A stretch of DNA of 64,000 nucleotides from assembly GCA_030390025.1 (NCBI GenBank), contig JASTWF010000033.1, positions 5,458,001 through 5,522,000 of the forward strand, read 5' to 3'. Source of the stretch: Squalus acanthias. Taxonomy: Eukaryota. Shown here piece after piece: positions 11,700 to 25,989 of this stretch. Under the pieces are notes generated by a model, which saw only the letters and a list, made by a program, of their open reading frames with translations, did not search any database and was not told where the DNA came from. The position numbers were made by a program, and so were the translations under genes. The number at the start of each line of letters is the position of its first letter. Position 1 is the stretch's first letter.

Positions 11700-12849
11700 C
11701 TGCAGAGGTTGGATTCTGCTGTTATTGCTGCTGTTAATTACATCCAGGACTGAATCGTGTTCACACTGACAGTTGGGGTTTATTTCTGCTGATGTTAATA
11801 ACCCCTGTAACTGGGCTGGAGTTTAATATTCTGGATATATGTCAAATAAATCAGCTTTGCTTTGAACACATTGTTGTGGATTTTTGTCGTTCCCACCTGA
11901 GTGTTTAGCATCACCTGGCTGGAGCTCAGAAAGGACAATCTGGGGAGAGGATCGTACGGCAGGAACAGAACTACAGCCTGGACACAGTCCTTCAGGGCCA
12001 CACTGAGAGGGGCAAACGGCACTTTGGTCTTTCTCGTCTCTCTTCACTGACAGCAATGTCCCCGTGCAGGTTAATCTTGAGGCCTGTAAGGAATGTGTCC
12101 CAGCCGCTCTCTTCCATGGGTCAGAGCTCCTGGGCACAGAACAGAAGGCTCCTTTACAACTGTGTTTAGAGTCAGGAAGAACAACGGTGAATGCTGGAAA
12201 CGTGCTGTCAAATCAGAGATTGGTGTCAAACTGCGATCTGTTCCTGACTGAAAGTGAAACGGCAGGGTTAAGTTTCCAGTCTCAAAATGACTGGTAATTA
12301 TTCCACGAAGATTTAATGTGTGTGTGACAGTCCTGAGTCTACCATTTTAAGGCAGGTGTTAGCTCATTTAAAATAAACCCGTTTAAAATAAATTGGTTAA
12401 AGTCTGCATTAAAATAGCAGAGGGATGAGTTCACAGGAGCCTGTTAACTGCTGGTACAATTATACAACAGACATTTGATCTCCAGATAAAGAAGGACCTG
12501 CAGCGTGTTTCCAGCAATTCCCTGTTTTATTGATGTGGGCGTGTTAGACAACAGGATAACTAAAAATACACGACCCAGAACATCCACGGGGTGCGATCCC
12601 GACAGTTACTCTGGGATCACTCCCGCTGCGGAACTCCAGCACTGACCCTGCTGAAGGTTGTAGGCTCAGGGAGTGGGGCCTCCAGGAGTGGACTGTGAGA
12701 AAGCTGGGTTTCAGTATCCTGACACATATATGGTGAGGAACCAGAGGAATCCTTACTGAGGAGCTGTCTGGGGTTTAACCTGTCAGTGTAGGTCTAGGGG
12801 TGAATGATGCCTGACTCCCCGAACTGTCTCACATTGAACCCAGTTCAGA

Positions 12850-13542
12850 TCAAGATGGATTCAGTTTACAGGAGAATAGGGAGAAATATCACCCACAATG
12901 GAGGGAGACGAAAGCAGCCATTAGAGAAGCTCAGAGATCTTTGGAAAAGCTGATGGTGCCCAATTGTGGGAATAATAGCAAAAGCTTTTCCAGCTACGTC
13001 AGGAGTCAGTAGACCGTTAAAGATGGTTTCACATCAGTCTACACTCCTGTGGGTGATGCTCAGATTCCAGCTGTGGGATGTGCTGTCAACAATAACATCA
13101 TAAATATTAAAATAGAAAGAGATTGTCATACAATCATCGAATAGTACCGCACAGAAGGAGGCTATCCTGCCCATCGAGTCTGTGCCGGCTCTTTCGAAGA
13201 GCAATCCAGTTAGTCCCACTCCCCTGCTCATTCCCCAAACCCCTGCAATGTTTTCTCCTTCAAGTATTTCTCCAATTCCCTTTTGAAGGCTACTATTGAA
13301 TCTGTATCCACCAGCCTATCAGGCAGTGCATTCCAGATCCTAACCACTCGTTGTGTAAAAAGGTTTTTCCTCGTGTCACCTCTGGTTCTTTTGCCAATAA
13401 CCTTCAATCAGTGCCCTCTGGTTATCGACCCTTCAGTCACTGGAAACAGTTTCTCTTTATTTACTCTATCGAAACCCTTTGTGATATTAAACACCTCTCT
13501 CAAATCTCCTCTTGGGATTCTCTGCTCGAAGGAGAACAACCG
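12850..13542. mobile_element. Two CR1 LINE fragments (degraded + strand piece, then a - strand 3' end at about 13127-13542)
   Basis: Reverse complement of a CR1 3' end (GAAGGAGGCTATCCTGCCCATCGAGTC..., ORF2 C-terminus), similar to 36319-36645. Confidence 0.7.
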
Positions 13543-13580
13543 CAGGGGAGTCAAACTCATTTTACATGGTGGGCCTGACC
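13543..13580 (+). mobile_element. hAT-like terminal fragment
   Basis: CAGGGGAGTCAAACTCATTTT resembles the CAGGGGTGTCAAACTC terminus of fish hAT MITEs; no partner end seen. Confidence 0.4.
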
Positions 13581-13590
13581 CGATATCCTG

Positions 13591-14286
13591 GCACTAGACC
13601 CTGTCTCTGTTTATATTACACTAGGCCCTGTCTCTGTTTATATCACACTAGGCCCTGTCTCTGTTTATATTACACTAGACCCTGTCTCTGTTTATATTAC
13701 ACTGGACCCTGTCTCTCTTTATATTACACTAGACCCTGTCTGTTTATATTACACTAGACCCTGTCTCGGTTTATATTACACGAGACCCTGTCTCGGTTTA
13801 TATTACACGAGACCCTGTCTCGGTTTATATTGCACTGGGCCCTGTCTCGGTTTATATTGCACTGGGCCCTGTCTCGGTTTATATTGCACTGGGCCCTGTC
13901 TCGGTTTATATTGCACTGGGCCCTGTCTCTGTTTATATTGCACTGGGCCCTGTCTCTGTTTATATTGCACTGGGCCCTGTCTCTGTTTATATTGCACGAG
14001 ACCCTGTCTCTGTTTATATTACACTAGGCCCTGTCTCTGTTTATATTGCACTGGGCCCTGTCTCTGTTTATATTGCACTGGGCCCTGTCTCTGTTTATAT
14101 TGCACTGGGCCCTGTCTCTGTTTATATTACACTGGACCCTGTCTCTGTTTATATTACACGAGACCCTGTCACTGTTTATATTACACTAGGCCCTGTCTCT
14201 GTTTATATTACACTAGACCCTGTCTCTGTTTGTATTACACTAGACCCTGTCTTTGTTTGTATTACACTCGGCCCGGTCTCTGTTTA
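13591..14286 (+). repeat. 27-bp minisatellite II (about 25 copies)
   Basis: Unit CACTAGACCCTGTCTCTGTTTATATTA; also at 34108-34408. Confidence 0.95.
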
Positions 14287-14810
14287 CTAGACTATGTCTG
14301 AGTTATTACTGCACTCACTCCCACACACACAAAGACAAACAGACAGAAATTAATTAATATAAATAAAGACATTATATTTGAGTGGGTGGGAGGATGCAAT
14401 CATTTTTTGGTTTGAAGCATCGGTCTAATCTTGTTAATAACTGTCAGAAGCTGTGTGCAATGACTAATTGATGTGGGATTATGTGGGTAATATCGGTGTT
14501 GAAAGGACGGGGTGAACCTTGTAACAATCCCCCAGAGATGAGCTGGGATTGAGGGACAGGACTGAAGGTGAGCAATAGTGCCCTGCACTTTGTACTAATT
14601 AGTGACAGACTCTGTGTGTTAAAGTTTACTAATTCACACTTGTGTTGTGCTGTGCCGATTGCTCCCAGTTTGTGAATGTTCAGGATTGTTTTTGCTGCAG
14701 TATTTTCTATTGAGCTTTGGCGGGACCCACTGATTGGGTGAGACAGAGCCTGGAACCGTGACCTCACAGCACCGCCGGATGGGCGGCCACAGGGTCCTAA
14801 TGCCCACCGT

Positions 14811-15510
14811 GATATGGGGAGAAAGCAGGGACAGGGTACTGAATTTGGATGATCAGCCATGATCGCATTGACTGGCGGAGCAGGCTAGAGGGGCCGAATG
14901 GCCTATTCCTGCTCCTATCTTCTATGTTTCATGGCGGATCATCCAAATTCAGTACCCTGTCCCTGCTTTCTCCCCATATCCCTTGATCCCTTTAGCCTTA
15001 AGAAATATATCTAACTCCTTCTTGAATATATTTAATGAATTGGCCTCAACTGCCTTCTGTGGTGGAGAATTCAACAGGTTCACCACTCTCTGGGTGAAGA
15101 AATTCCTCCTCATCTCAGTCCTAAATGGCTTACCCCTTATCCTTAGACTGTGACCCCTGGTTCTGGACTCCCCCGCCATCAGGAACATCCTTCCTGCATC
15201 TAGTCTGTCTAGTCCTGTTAGAATTTTATAAGTTTCAATGAGATCCCCTCTCATTCTTCTAAACTCCATCGAATACAAGCCCAATCGACCCAATCTCTCC
15301 TCATACGTCATTCCTGCCATCCCAGGTATCAGTCTGGTGAATCTTCACTGCACTCCCTCCATGGCAAGAACATCCTTCCTCAGATAAGGCGACCAAAACT
15401 GCACACAATACTCAAGGTGTGGTCTCACCAAGGCCCTGTACAACTGCAGCAAGACATCCTGGCTCCTGTACTCGAATCCTCTCGCTATGAAGGCCAACAT
15501 ACCATTTGCC
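14811..15510 (-). mobile_element. CR1 LINE 3' fragment with an inverted tail
   Basis: ORF 14949-15320 (YEERLGRLGLYSMEFRRMRGDLIETYKIL...RRNFFTQRVVNL) is CR1 ORF2 C-terminus; its 3' UTR/tail lies in + orientation at 14811-14930. Confidence 0.92.
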
Positions 15511-15810
15511 GTTGAATCCCTTTAACATTTATTGAGAACCCATTGTCTTGTGGGCTCTTGTTTAGAAAGTGATGTCACAATGACCATTCCGTTCCCAAGG
15601 TGATCCTGTCTGTCCGCAGTATTCAGTGGGAAAGGGGATTAAATCACACCGAGGATAATGAGCAGCCACCCACCAGTCTCTGCACTTTATTCTCCAGTGA
15701 TCACCTCACCATCACACAGAAGCTCCTGATATAAACCTCCAGTGTGTGATACTTGGTGCAAGTGATGGTAAAAATGAAACTGTACCTGGACCTGACATCC
15801 CTCTCCACAG

Positions 15811-18800
15811 TCCCAGGACAGGTACAGCACGGGTTAGATACAGAGTAAAGCTCCCTCTGCACTGTCCCATCAAACACTCCCAGGGCAGGTACAGCACGGG
15901 TTAGATACAGAGTAAAGCTCCCTCTACACTGTCCCATCAAACACTCCCAGGGCAGGTGCAGCACGGGTTAGATACAGAGTAAAGCTCCCTCTACACTGTC
16001 CCATCAAACACTCCCAGGGCAGGTACAGCAGGGGTTAGATACGGAGTATAAACTCCCTGTACACTGGCCCATCAAACACTCCCAGGGCAGGTCCAGCACG
16101 GGTTAGATACAGAGTAAAACTCCCCCTACATTATCCCATCAAACACTCCTATGCCACCTACAGCATGGTTTAGATACAGATTAAAGCTCGCTCTATACTG
16201 TCCCATCAAACACTCCTAGGGCAGGTACAGCACGGATTAGATACAGAGTAAAGCTCCCTCTACACTATCCCATCAAACACTCCCCAGGCAGTAACAGCAC
16301 GGGTCAGATACAGAGCAAAACTCCATCGAAACTATCCCATCAAACACTCCCAGGGCAGGTACAGCACGGGTTAGATACAGAGTAAAGCTCCCTCTACACT
16401 GTCCCATCAAACACTCCCAGGGAAGGGACAGCACGGATTAGATACAGAGTAAAGCTCCCTCTGCACTGCCCCATCAAACACTCCCAGGGCAGGTACAGCA
16501 CGGGTTAGATACAGAGTAAAGCTCCCTCTACACTGTCCCATCAAACAATCCCAGGGCAGGTACAGCACGGGTTAGATACAGAGTAAACTCTCTCCACACT
16601 GTCCCATCAAACACTCCCAGGGCAGGTACAGCATGGGTTAGATACAGAGGAAAGCTCCCTCTACACTGTCCAATCAAACACTCCCACGACAGGTACAGCA
16701 CGGGTTAGATACAGAGTAAAGCTCCCTCTACACTGTCCCATCAAACACACCCAGGACAGATACAGCATCGGTTAGATACAGAATAAAGCTCCCTCTACAT
16801 TGTCCCATCAAACTCTCCCAGAGCAGGTACAGCATGGGTTAGATACAGAGTAAAGGTCGCTCTACACTGTCCCATCAAACTCTCCTAGAGCAGGTACAGC
16901 ACTGGTTAGATACAGAGGAAAGCTCCCTTTACACTATCCCATCAAACACTCCCAGGGCAGGTACAGCACGGGTTAGATACAGAGTAAAGCTCGCTCTATA
17001 CTGTCCCATCAAACACTCCTAGGGCGGGTACAGCACGGGTTAGATACAGAGTAAAGCTCCCTCTACACTGTCCCATCAAACACTCCCAGGGCAGGTGCAG
17101 CACGGGTTAGATACAGAGTAAAACTCCCTGTACACTGGCCCATCAAACACTCCCAGGGCAGGTACAGCAGTGGTTAGTTGCAGAGTAAAGCCATCTCGAC
17201 ACTGTCCCATCAAACACTCCCAGGGCAGGTACAGCAGGGGTTAGATACAGAGTAAAACTCCCTGTAAACTGGCCCATCAAACACTCCCAGGGCAGGTCCA
17301 GCACGGGTTAGATACAGAGTAAAACTCCCTCTACATTATCCCATCAAACACTCCTATGGCACGTACAGCATGGTTTAGATACAGATTAAAGCTCCCTTTA
17401 CACTGTCCCATCAAACACTCCCAGGGCAGGTACAGCACGGGTTAGATACAGAGTAAAGCTCCCTCTACACTGTCCCATCAAACACTCCCCGGGCAGATAC
17501 AGCACGGGTTAGATACAGAGTAAAACTCCATCGACACTGTCCCATCAAAAACTCCCAGGGCAGGTACAGCACGGGTTAGATAGAGAGATAAGCTCCCTCT
17601 ACACTATCCCATCAAAAACTCCCAGGGCAGGTACAGCACGGGTTCGATACAGAGTAAAACTCCCTCTACATTATCCCATCAAACAATCCTAGTGCACGTA
17701 CAGCACGGGTTAGATACAGATTAAAGCTCCCTCTACATTGTCCCACCAAACACTCCCAGGGTAGGTACAGCACGGGTTAGATACAGAGTAAAGCTCGCTC
17801 TATACTATCCCATCAAACACTCCTAGGGCAGGTCCAGCACGGGTTAGATACAGATTAAAACTCCATCGACACTATCCCATCAAACACTCCCAGGGCTGGT
17901 ACAGCATAGATTAGATACAGAGTAAAGCTCCCTCCACACTGTCCCATCAAACACTCCCAGGACAGGGACAGCACGGGTTCGATACAGAGTAAAGCTCCCT
18001 CTACACTGTCCCATCAAACACTCCCAGGGCAGGCACAGCACGGGTTAGATACGGAGTAAAGCTCGCTCTATAGTGTCCCAACAAACACTCCCAGGGCAGC
18101 TACAGCACGGGTGAGATACAGAGTAAAGCTCCCTCCACACTCTCCCATGAAACACTCCCAGGGCTGGTACAGCACGGATTAGATACAGAGTAAAGCTCAC
18201 ACTACACTGTCCCATCAAACACTCCCAGGGCAGGGTCAGCACAGGTTAGATACAGAGTAAAACTCCCTGTACACTGGCCCATCAAACACTCCCAGGGCAG
18301 GTACAGCACGGGTTAGATACAGAGTAAAGCTCCCTCTACACTGTCCCATCAAACACTCCCAGGGCAGGTGCAGCACGGGTTAGATACAGAGTAAAACTCC
18401 CTGTACACTGGCCCATCAAACACTCCCAGGGCAGGTACAGCAGTGGTTAGTTACAGAGTAAAGCTCCCTCTGCACTGTCCCATCAAACACTCCCAGGGCA
18501 GGTACAGCAGGGGTTAGATACGGAGTATAAACTCCCTGTACACTGGCCCATCAAACACTCCCAGGGCAGGTACAGCACGGATTAGATACAGAGTAAAGCT
18601 CACTCTACACTGTCCCATCAAGCACTCCCAGGGCAGGTACAGCACGGGTTAGATACAGCGTAAAGCTCCCTCTACACTGTCCCAGCAAACACTCCAGGGC
18701 AGGTACAGCACGGGTTAGATACAGAGTAAAGCTCCATCTACACTGTCCCAGCAAACACTCACGGGGCAGGTACAGCATGGGTTAGATACAGAGTAAAGCT

Positions 18801-21800
18801 CCTTCTGCACTGTCACATCAAACACTCCAGGGCAGGTACAGCACTGGTTAGATACAGAGTAAAGCTCGCTCTTTTCTGTCCCAACAAACACTCACAGGGC
18901 ACATACAGCACGGGTTAGATACAAAGTGAAGCTCCCTCCACAATGTCCCATCAAACACTCCCAGGGCAGGTACAGCAGTGGTTAGTTATAGAGTAAAGCT
19001 CCCTCTACACTGTCCCATCAAACACTCCCAGAGCAGGTACAGCAGGGGTTAGATACAGAGTAAAACTCCCTGTACACTGGCCCATCAAACACTCCCAGGG
19101 TAGGTACAGCACGGGTTAGATACAGAGTAAACCTTCCACTACACTGTCCCATCAAACACTCCCAGGGCAGGTACAGCACGGGTTAGATAGAGAGTTAAGC
19201 TCGCTCTACACTATCCCATCAAAAACTCCCAGTGCAGGTACAGCACGGCTTAGATACAGAGTAAAACTCCCTCTCCATTGTCCCATCAAACACTCCTAGG
19301 GCACGTACAGCATGGTTTAAATACACATTAAAGTTCCCTCTACATTGTCCCACCAAACAGTCCCAGGGTAGGTACAGCACGGGTTAGATACAGAGTAAAG
19401 CTCGCTCTACACTGTCCCATCAAACACTCCTAGGGCAGGTACAGCACGGGTTACGTACAGATTAAACCTCCATCGACACTATCCCATCAAACCCTCCCAG
19501 GGCTGGTACAGCACGGATTAGATACAGAGAAAAGCTCCCTGTACACTGGCCCATCAAACACTCCCAGGACAGGTACAGCAGGGGTTAGTTACAGAGTAAA
19601 GCTCCCTCCACACTGTCCCAGCAAACACTCCCAGGGCAGGTACAGCACGGGTTAGATACAGAGTAAAGTTCCCTCTACATTGTCCCACCAAACACTTCCC
19701 GGGTAGGTACAGCACGGGTTAGATACAGAGTAAAGCTCCCTCGACAGTGTCCCATCAAACACTCCTAGGGCAGGTACAGCACGGTTTAGATACAGAGTTA
19801 AGCTCCCTCTACACTATCCCAACAAAAACGCCCAGGGCAGGTACAGCACAGGTTATATGCAGAGTAATGCTTCCTCTGCATTGTCCCATCAAACACTCCC
19901 AGGACAGGTACAGCACGGGTTAGATACAGAGTAAAGCTCCCTCTACATTGTCCCACCAAAAATTCCCAGGGAAGGTACAGTAAGGTGTTAGATACAGAGT
20001 AAAACTCCATCGACACGATCTCATCAAACACTCCCAGGGCAGGTACAGCACAGGGTAGATACAGAGTAAAACTCGCTGTACACTGGCCCATCAAACACTC
20101 CCAGGACAGGTACAGCACGGGTTAGATACAGAGTAAAGCTCACTCTACACTGTCCCATCAAACACTCCCAGGGCAGGTACAAGCACGGATTAGATGCAGA
20201 GTAAAGCTCCCTTTACAACTGTCCCATCAAACACTCCCAGGGCAGGTACAGCACGGGTAGATCAGAGTAAAGCTCCGTCTACACTGTCCCATCAAACACT
20301 CCCAGGGCAGGTACAGCACGGTTAGATACAGAGTAAAGCTCCCTCTACACTGTCCCATCAAACACTCCCAGGGCATGTACAGCACGGGTTCGATACAGAG
20401 TAAAGCTCCCTCTACACTGTCCCATCAAGCACTCCCAGGGCAGGTACAGCACGGGTTAGATACAGAGTAAAGCTCCCTCTACAATGTCCCATCAAAAACT
20501 CCCAGGGCAGGTACTGCACAGGTTCGATGCAGAGTAAAGCTCCCTCTACACTGTCCCATCAAGCACTCCCAGGGCAGGTACAGCACGGGTTAGATACAGA
20601 GTAAAACTCCATCGACACGATCCCATCAAACACTCCCAGGGCTGGTACAGCACGGATTAGATACAGAGTAAAGCTGCCTCTATACTGTCCCATCAAACAC
20701 TCCTAGGGCAGGTACAGCACGGGTTAGATACAGAGTAAAGCTCCGTCTACACTGTCCCATCAAACACTCCCAGGGCAGGTACAGCATGGGTTAAATACAG
20801 AGCAAAGCTCCTTCTGCACTATCCCATCAAACACTCCTCGGGCAGGTACAGCAGGGGTTAGTTCCAGAGTAAAGCTCCGTCTACACTGTCCCATCAAACA
20901 CTCCCAGGGAAGGTACAGAGCGGGTTACATACAGAGTAAAGCTCCCTTTACACTGTCTCATCAAACGCTCCCAGGGCAGGTACAGCACGGTTTAAATACA
21001 GAGTAAAGGACCCTCTACACTGTCCCATCAAACACTCCCCGGGCAGCTACAGCACGGGTTAGATACAGATTAAAACTCCATCGACACTATCCCATCAAAC
21101 ACTCCCAGGGCTGGTACAGCATAGATTAGATACAGAGTAAAGCTCCCTGTACACTGGCCCATCAAACACTCCCAGGACAGGTTCAGCATGGGTTAGTTAC
21201 AGAGTAAAGCTCCCTCTACACTGTCCCATCAAACACTCCCAGGGCAGGCACAGCACGGGTTAGATACGGAGTAAAGCTCGCTCTATAGTGTCCCATGAAA
21301 CACTCCCAGGGCTGGTACAGCACGGATTAGATACAGAGTAAAGCTCACACTACACTGTCCCATCAAACACACACGGGGCAGGTACAGCACAGGTTAGATA
21401 CAGAGTAAAACTCCCAATACACTGGCCCATCAAACACTCCCAGGACAGGTACAGCACGGGTTAGATACAGAGTAAAGCTCACTCTACACTGTCCCATCAA
21501 ACACTCCCAGGACAGGTACAGCATCGGTTAGATACAGAGTAAAGCTCCCTCCAGACTGTCCCATCAAACACTCCCAGGGCAGGTGCAGCACGGGTTCGAT
21601 ACAGAGTAAAGCTCCCTCTACACTGTCCCAGCAAACACACACGGGGCAGGTACAGCATGGGTAAGATACAGAGTAAAGCTCCCTCTGCACTGTCACATCA
21701 AACACTCCAGGGCAGGTACAGCACGGGTTAGATACAGAGTAAAGCTCCCTCTACACTGTCCCAGCAAACACTCACGGGGCAGGTACAGCATGGGTTAGAT

Positions 21801-22857
21801 ACAGAGTAAAGCTCCTTCTGCATTGTCACATCAAACACTCCAGGGCAGGTACAGCACTGGTTAGATACAGAGTAAAGCTCGCTCTATACTGTCCCAACAA
21901 ACACTCACAGCTCACATACAGCACGGGTTAGATACAAAGTAAAGCACCCTCTGCACTGTCCTGTCAAACATTCCCAGGGCAGGTACAGCACGGGTTAGAT
22001 ACAGAGTAAAGTTCCCCCTACACTGTCCCATCAAACACTCCCAGGGGAGGTACAGCACAGGTTAGATACAGAGTAAAGCTCCCTTTACACTGTCCCATCA
22101 AACACTCTCAGGGCAGGTACAGCACGGGTTAGATACAGAGTAAAGCTCCCTCGACACTGTCCCATCAAACACTCCCAGGGCAGGTACAGCATGGTTTAGA
22201 TACAGAGTAAAGTTCCCTCTACACTGTCCCATCAAACACTCCCAGGGCAGGTACAGCACGGGTTTGATACAGAGTAAAGTTCCCTTTACACTGTCCCATC
22301 AAACACTGCCAGGGCAGATACAGCACGGGTTAGATACAGAGTAAAGCACCCTCTACACTGTCCCATCAAACACTCCCAGGGCAGTTACAGCACGGGTTAA
22401 ATACAGAGTAAAGCACCCTCTACACTGTCCCATCCAGCACTCGCATGGCAGGTACAGCACGGTTTAGATACAGAGTAAAGCTCCCTCTACACTGTCCCTT
22501 CAAACATTCCCAGGGCAGGTACAGCACGGGTTAGATACAGAGTCAAGCTCCCTCTACACTGTCCCATCAAACACTCCCAGGGCAGGTACAGCATGGGTTA
22601 GATACAGAGTAAAGCTCCCTCTACACTGTCCCATCCAACACTCGCATGGCAGGTACAGCACGTGTTAGATACAGAGTAAAGCTCCCTCTACACTGTCCCA
22701 TCAAACACTCCCAGGGCAGGTACAGCACGTGTTAGATACAGAGTAAAGCTCCCTCTACACTGTCCCATCAAACACTCCCAGGGCAGGTACAGCACAGGTT
22801 AGATACAGAGTAATGTTCCCTCTACACTGTCCCATCAAACACTCCCAGGGCAGGTAC
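15811..22857 (-). repeat. 67-bp satellite array 2 (about 105 monomers, inverted)
   Basis: Reverse complement of the array-1 unit. Confidence 0.97.
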
Positions 22858-23242
22858 ACGGACATGTAACCGATACCTTCGCTTGATACCAAGGCTAGGA
22901 GAGTCACTCTGGAAGGTTTGGGGAGCTGGGGCTTGTGCACGAGAGTAACTAAAGGTGTGAGAACTGAAATAATCTTGATTTAGAAAAGAGAAAAGGGCCC
23001 AAAATGGAGCAGTCATTAACAGGACATCAATTAGTCTCCTCTTATCTTGGAGAAATCAAGGATTCGACCCACGGTGTGTTCGAAACAAAGTTAATCTATC
23101 GGACATATCAAAATATTAAACTCCAGCCCAGTTAGAGGGGTTATTAACATCAGCAGAAACAAACTCCAACCGTCAGAATGAACATGGTTCAGTCCTGGAT
23201 GAGATTAACAGCAGCAAAAACAGCAGAATCTAACCCCTGCTG

Positions 23243-23749
23243 TCACTTGTGAACTCGCTGGTGTCTCAGCAGGGTGGATGACTGAATGAATCCCTTCCCA
23301 CACAGGGAGCAGGTGAACGGCCACTCCCCAGTGTGAACTCGCTGGTGTGTCAGCAGGGTGGATGACAGAATGAACCCCTTCCCACACTCAGGGCAGGTGA
23401 ACGGCCTCTCCCCAGTGTGAACTCGCTGGTGTGTCAGAAGATCCCTTGTGCTTTTAAAGCTCTTCTCACACTCAGAACATTTAAAAGGTCTCTTATCAGT
23501 GTGAACGCGTTGGTGTGAAGTGAGGCTGGAGGAGTTAGTGAATCCCTTCCCACACACAGAGCAGGTGAACGGCCTCTCCCCAGTGTGAAGTCGCTCGTGT
23601 GTCAGCAGGTGGGATGACCGAGCGAATCTGTTCCCACACACAGAGCAGGTGAACAGTCTCTCCCCAGTGTGACTGCGTTGATGAGCTTCCAGCTGGGATG
23701 GGTAATTGAATCCCTGCCCACAGTCCCCACATTTCCACGGTTTCTCCGT
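23243..23749 (-). CDS. ZNF-B: six C2H2 fingers, open frame with no ATG; candidate ACG start at 23749 (or a pseudogene)
   Basis: (T)[26 protein letters not shown] plus five more fingers with TGERPF-type linkers to ...HQRVHK*; context CGCACC-ACG-G; acceptor at 24113-24114; upstream fingers carry stops and a frameshift. Confidence 0.6.
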   Translation of the reverse strand, partial: TEKPWKCGDCGQGFNYPSQLEAHQRSHTGERLFTCSVCGNRFARSSHLLTHERLHTGERPFTCSVCGKGFTNSSSLTSHQRVHTDKRPFKCSECEKSFKSTRDLLTHQRVHTGERPFTCPECGKGFILSSTLLTHQRVHTGEWPFTCSLCGKGFIQSSTLLRHQRVHK

Positions 23750-24304
23750 GGTGCGGGTGTCCTTGTGTCTCTCCAGGTTGGACGATCAGTTGAAGCCTCG
23801 TCACACACAGAACACGTGTACGGTTTCTCCCCGCTGTGAATGGTGCGATGTTTTTTCAGACTGTGTAACTGGTTAAAGCTCTTTCCACAGTCAGTGCACT
23901 GGAACACTCTCACTCGGGTGTGTGTGTCTCGGTGCTTTTCCAGTCACACTGATGTTTGAAATCTTTTCCCACAGACAGAACAGACAAACATTTCTCCTTC
24001 TACATTCAAAGTCCGATGATACTCAGGTCCTGATGAATGGAGTGACTCCGTCAGATCTTGAAATTATGTTTGGTTTGAGTTTCTGGTCTGTAAATCCTCC
24101 CCTTCTCACAGCCTGTAAAAGGAGTTTACAAAAGACATCACTAAGTAGAGGATAGAAATTCAGAACAGACAATTCTAGTTTCTATGGAACATTCTTTCCT
24201 CTCTTGTTCCCCCAAAGCCGTAAATCTCCATCCCACACACTCTCCCTCCTCCCTGTGCTGAAATCCAAACCCATCGCACCATCTCCAACACATTTTCCTT
24301 CTTG

Positions 24305-25215
24305 CTGAAGGTGCTGACTCTGGCTGGGTTCAGTTCCACACTCACTGGTTCCCAGCCCTCTCCTCCCCTGAAGGTGCTGACTCTGGCTGGGTTCAGTTCT
24401 GCACTCACTGGTTCCCCTCCTTCTCCTCCCCTGAAGGTGCTGACTCTGGCTGGGTTCAGTTCGACACTCACTGGTTCCCCTCCCTCTCCTCCCCTGAAGG
24501 TGCTGACTCTGGCTTGGTCCTGTTCTACACTCACTGGTTCCCCTCCCTCTCCTCCCCTGAAGGTGCTGACTCTGGCTTGGTCCTGTTCTACACTCACTGG
24601 TTCCCCTCCCTCTCCTCCCCTGAAGGTGCTGACTCTGGCTGGGTTCAGTTCGCATCTCACTGGTTCCCCTCCCTCTCCTCCCCTGAAGGTGCTGATTCTG
24701 GCTGGGTTCAATGCGAATCTCACTGGTTCCCCTCCCTCTCCTCCCCTGAAGGTGCTGACTCTGGCTGGGTTCAGTTCGGCACTCACTGGTTCTCCTCCCT
24801 CTCCCCCCCTGAAGGTGCTGACTCTGGCTGGGTTCAGTTCGACACTCACTGGTTCCTCTCCTCCCCTGAAAGTGCTGACTCTGGCTGGGTTCAGTTCCAC
24901 ACTCACTGGTTCCTCTCCCTCTCCTCCCCTGAAGCTGCTGACTCTGGCTGGGTTCAGTTCGACACTCACTGGTTCCCCTCCCTCTCATCCCCTGAAGGTG
25001 CTGACTCTGGCTGGGTTCAGTTCGACACTCACTGGTTCCTCTCCTCCCCTGAAAGTGCTGACTCTGGCTGGGTTCAGTTCTACACTCACTGGTTCCTCTC
25101 CCTCTCCTCCCCTGAAGGTGCTGACTCTGGCTGGGTTCAGTTCTACACTCACTGGTTCCCCTCCCTCTCCTCCCCTGAAGGTGCTGACTCTGGCTGGGTT
25201 CAGTTCACTCACTGG
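24305..25215 (-). repeat. 63-bp minisatellite (about 15 copies, some 54-bp variants) in the 5' region of ZNF-B
   Basis: Minus-strand unit CCAGTGAGTGTAGAACTGAACCCAGCCAGAGTCAGCACCTTCAGGGGAGGAGAGGGAGGGGAA. Confidence 0.95.
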
Positions 25216-25612
25216 GACCCTGAAGCCACGCCCCCCATTGGCTCCTTTACAAAGATGGCTACGCATGCGCTCTACCGCTCGACGAAGCAAGACGGCGACG
25301 CAAAAACCCTCAGCGCTCCTTTACAAAGATGGCCGCCGTTAACCCGGGCCTAGTTCCTGGGAAAAAGCCTCCGAGCTGCAAACACGGAAGCTATAGGTTC
25401 TCATTCCGGGCTTGCGGCCTACGCCAGGTGCTTACGAAGCTCACCCGCCGGGTGCATTATCTCCCTGCGCCCCGCTGATTCGTAATCGGCGCAAAAACCG
25501 CGTCTCCCAAATCGGCCCGCTCCCTGCACTCGCATGGCTCTGATCACAGTGACACTGCGCATGCTCCAGCTACGGGCGGGCACTGGGCCTGCGCACTGGG
25601 CTCCTCCAGTGT
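25216..25612 (-). promoter_or_regulatory. CpG-island promoter of ZNF-B
   Basis: Inverted homologue of 44700-45060; AAGATGGCCGCC (YY1), TGCGCATGCTC and ACGCATGCGC (NRF1-like). Confidence 0.7.
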
Positions 25613-25989
25613 GAATATTTTTTTAATTCCAAAACAATAATACCTGTGCAACTCATCAATTACATAGTAAATCCATTACATAGTAAATCCATTACATTCA
25701 TCCATCACAGTAAAAAGTAAAGCCTTAAAAACAGCCTTATAGTTAATATAAATGCAATGATTAATTTTACAAATAATTAATAATGTTTACAGTACAAATA
25801 CCCTTAAACAATACCACACAACTTTTTAGATTTAAAATAATAAATCTCAAAGTTAACTCCACATAAAACAAAAACCATTTCAACACCAGTGTACAAACAC
25901 ATAGCACCATCATAATCCAATTAAATGCTACAGATAACATTTATTCCAATAAACCAAGAAAAAACCCGTTTTACGCCAGTCCTACTGGC

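Noticed and set aside
24175..25353. Long repetitive ORFs in several frames (also 45009-45698)
   Set aside because: Products of the 63-bp minisatellite
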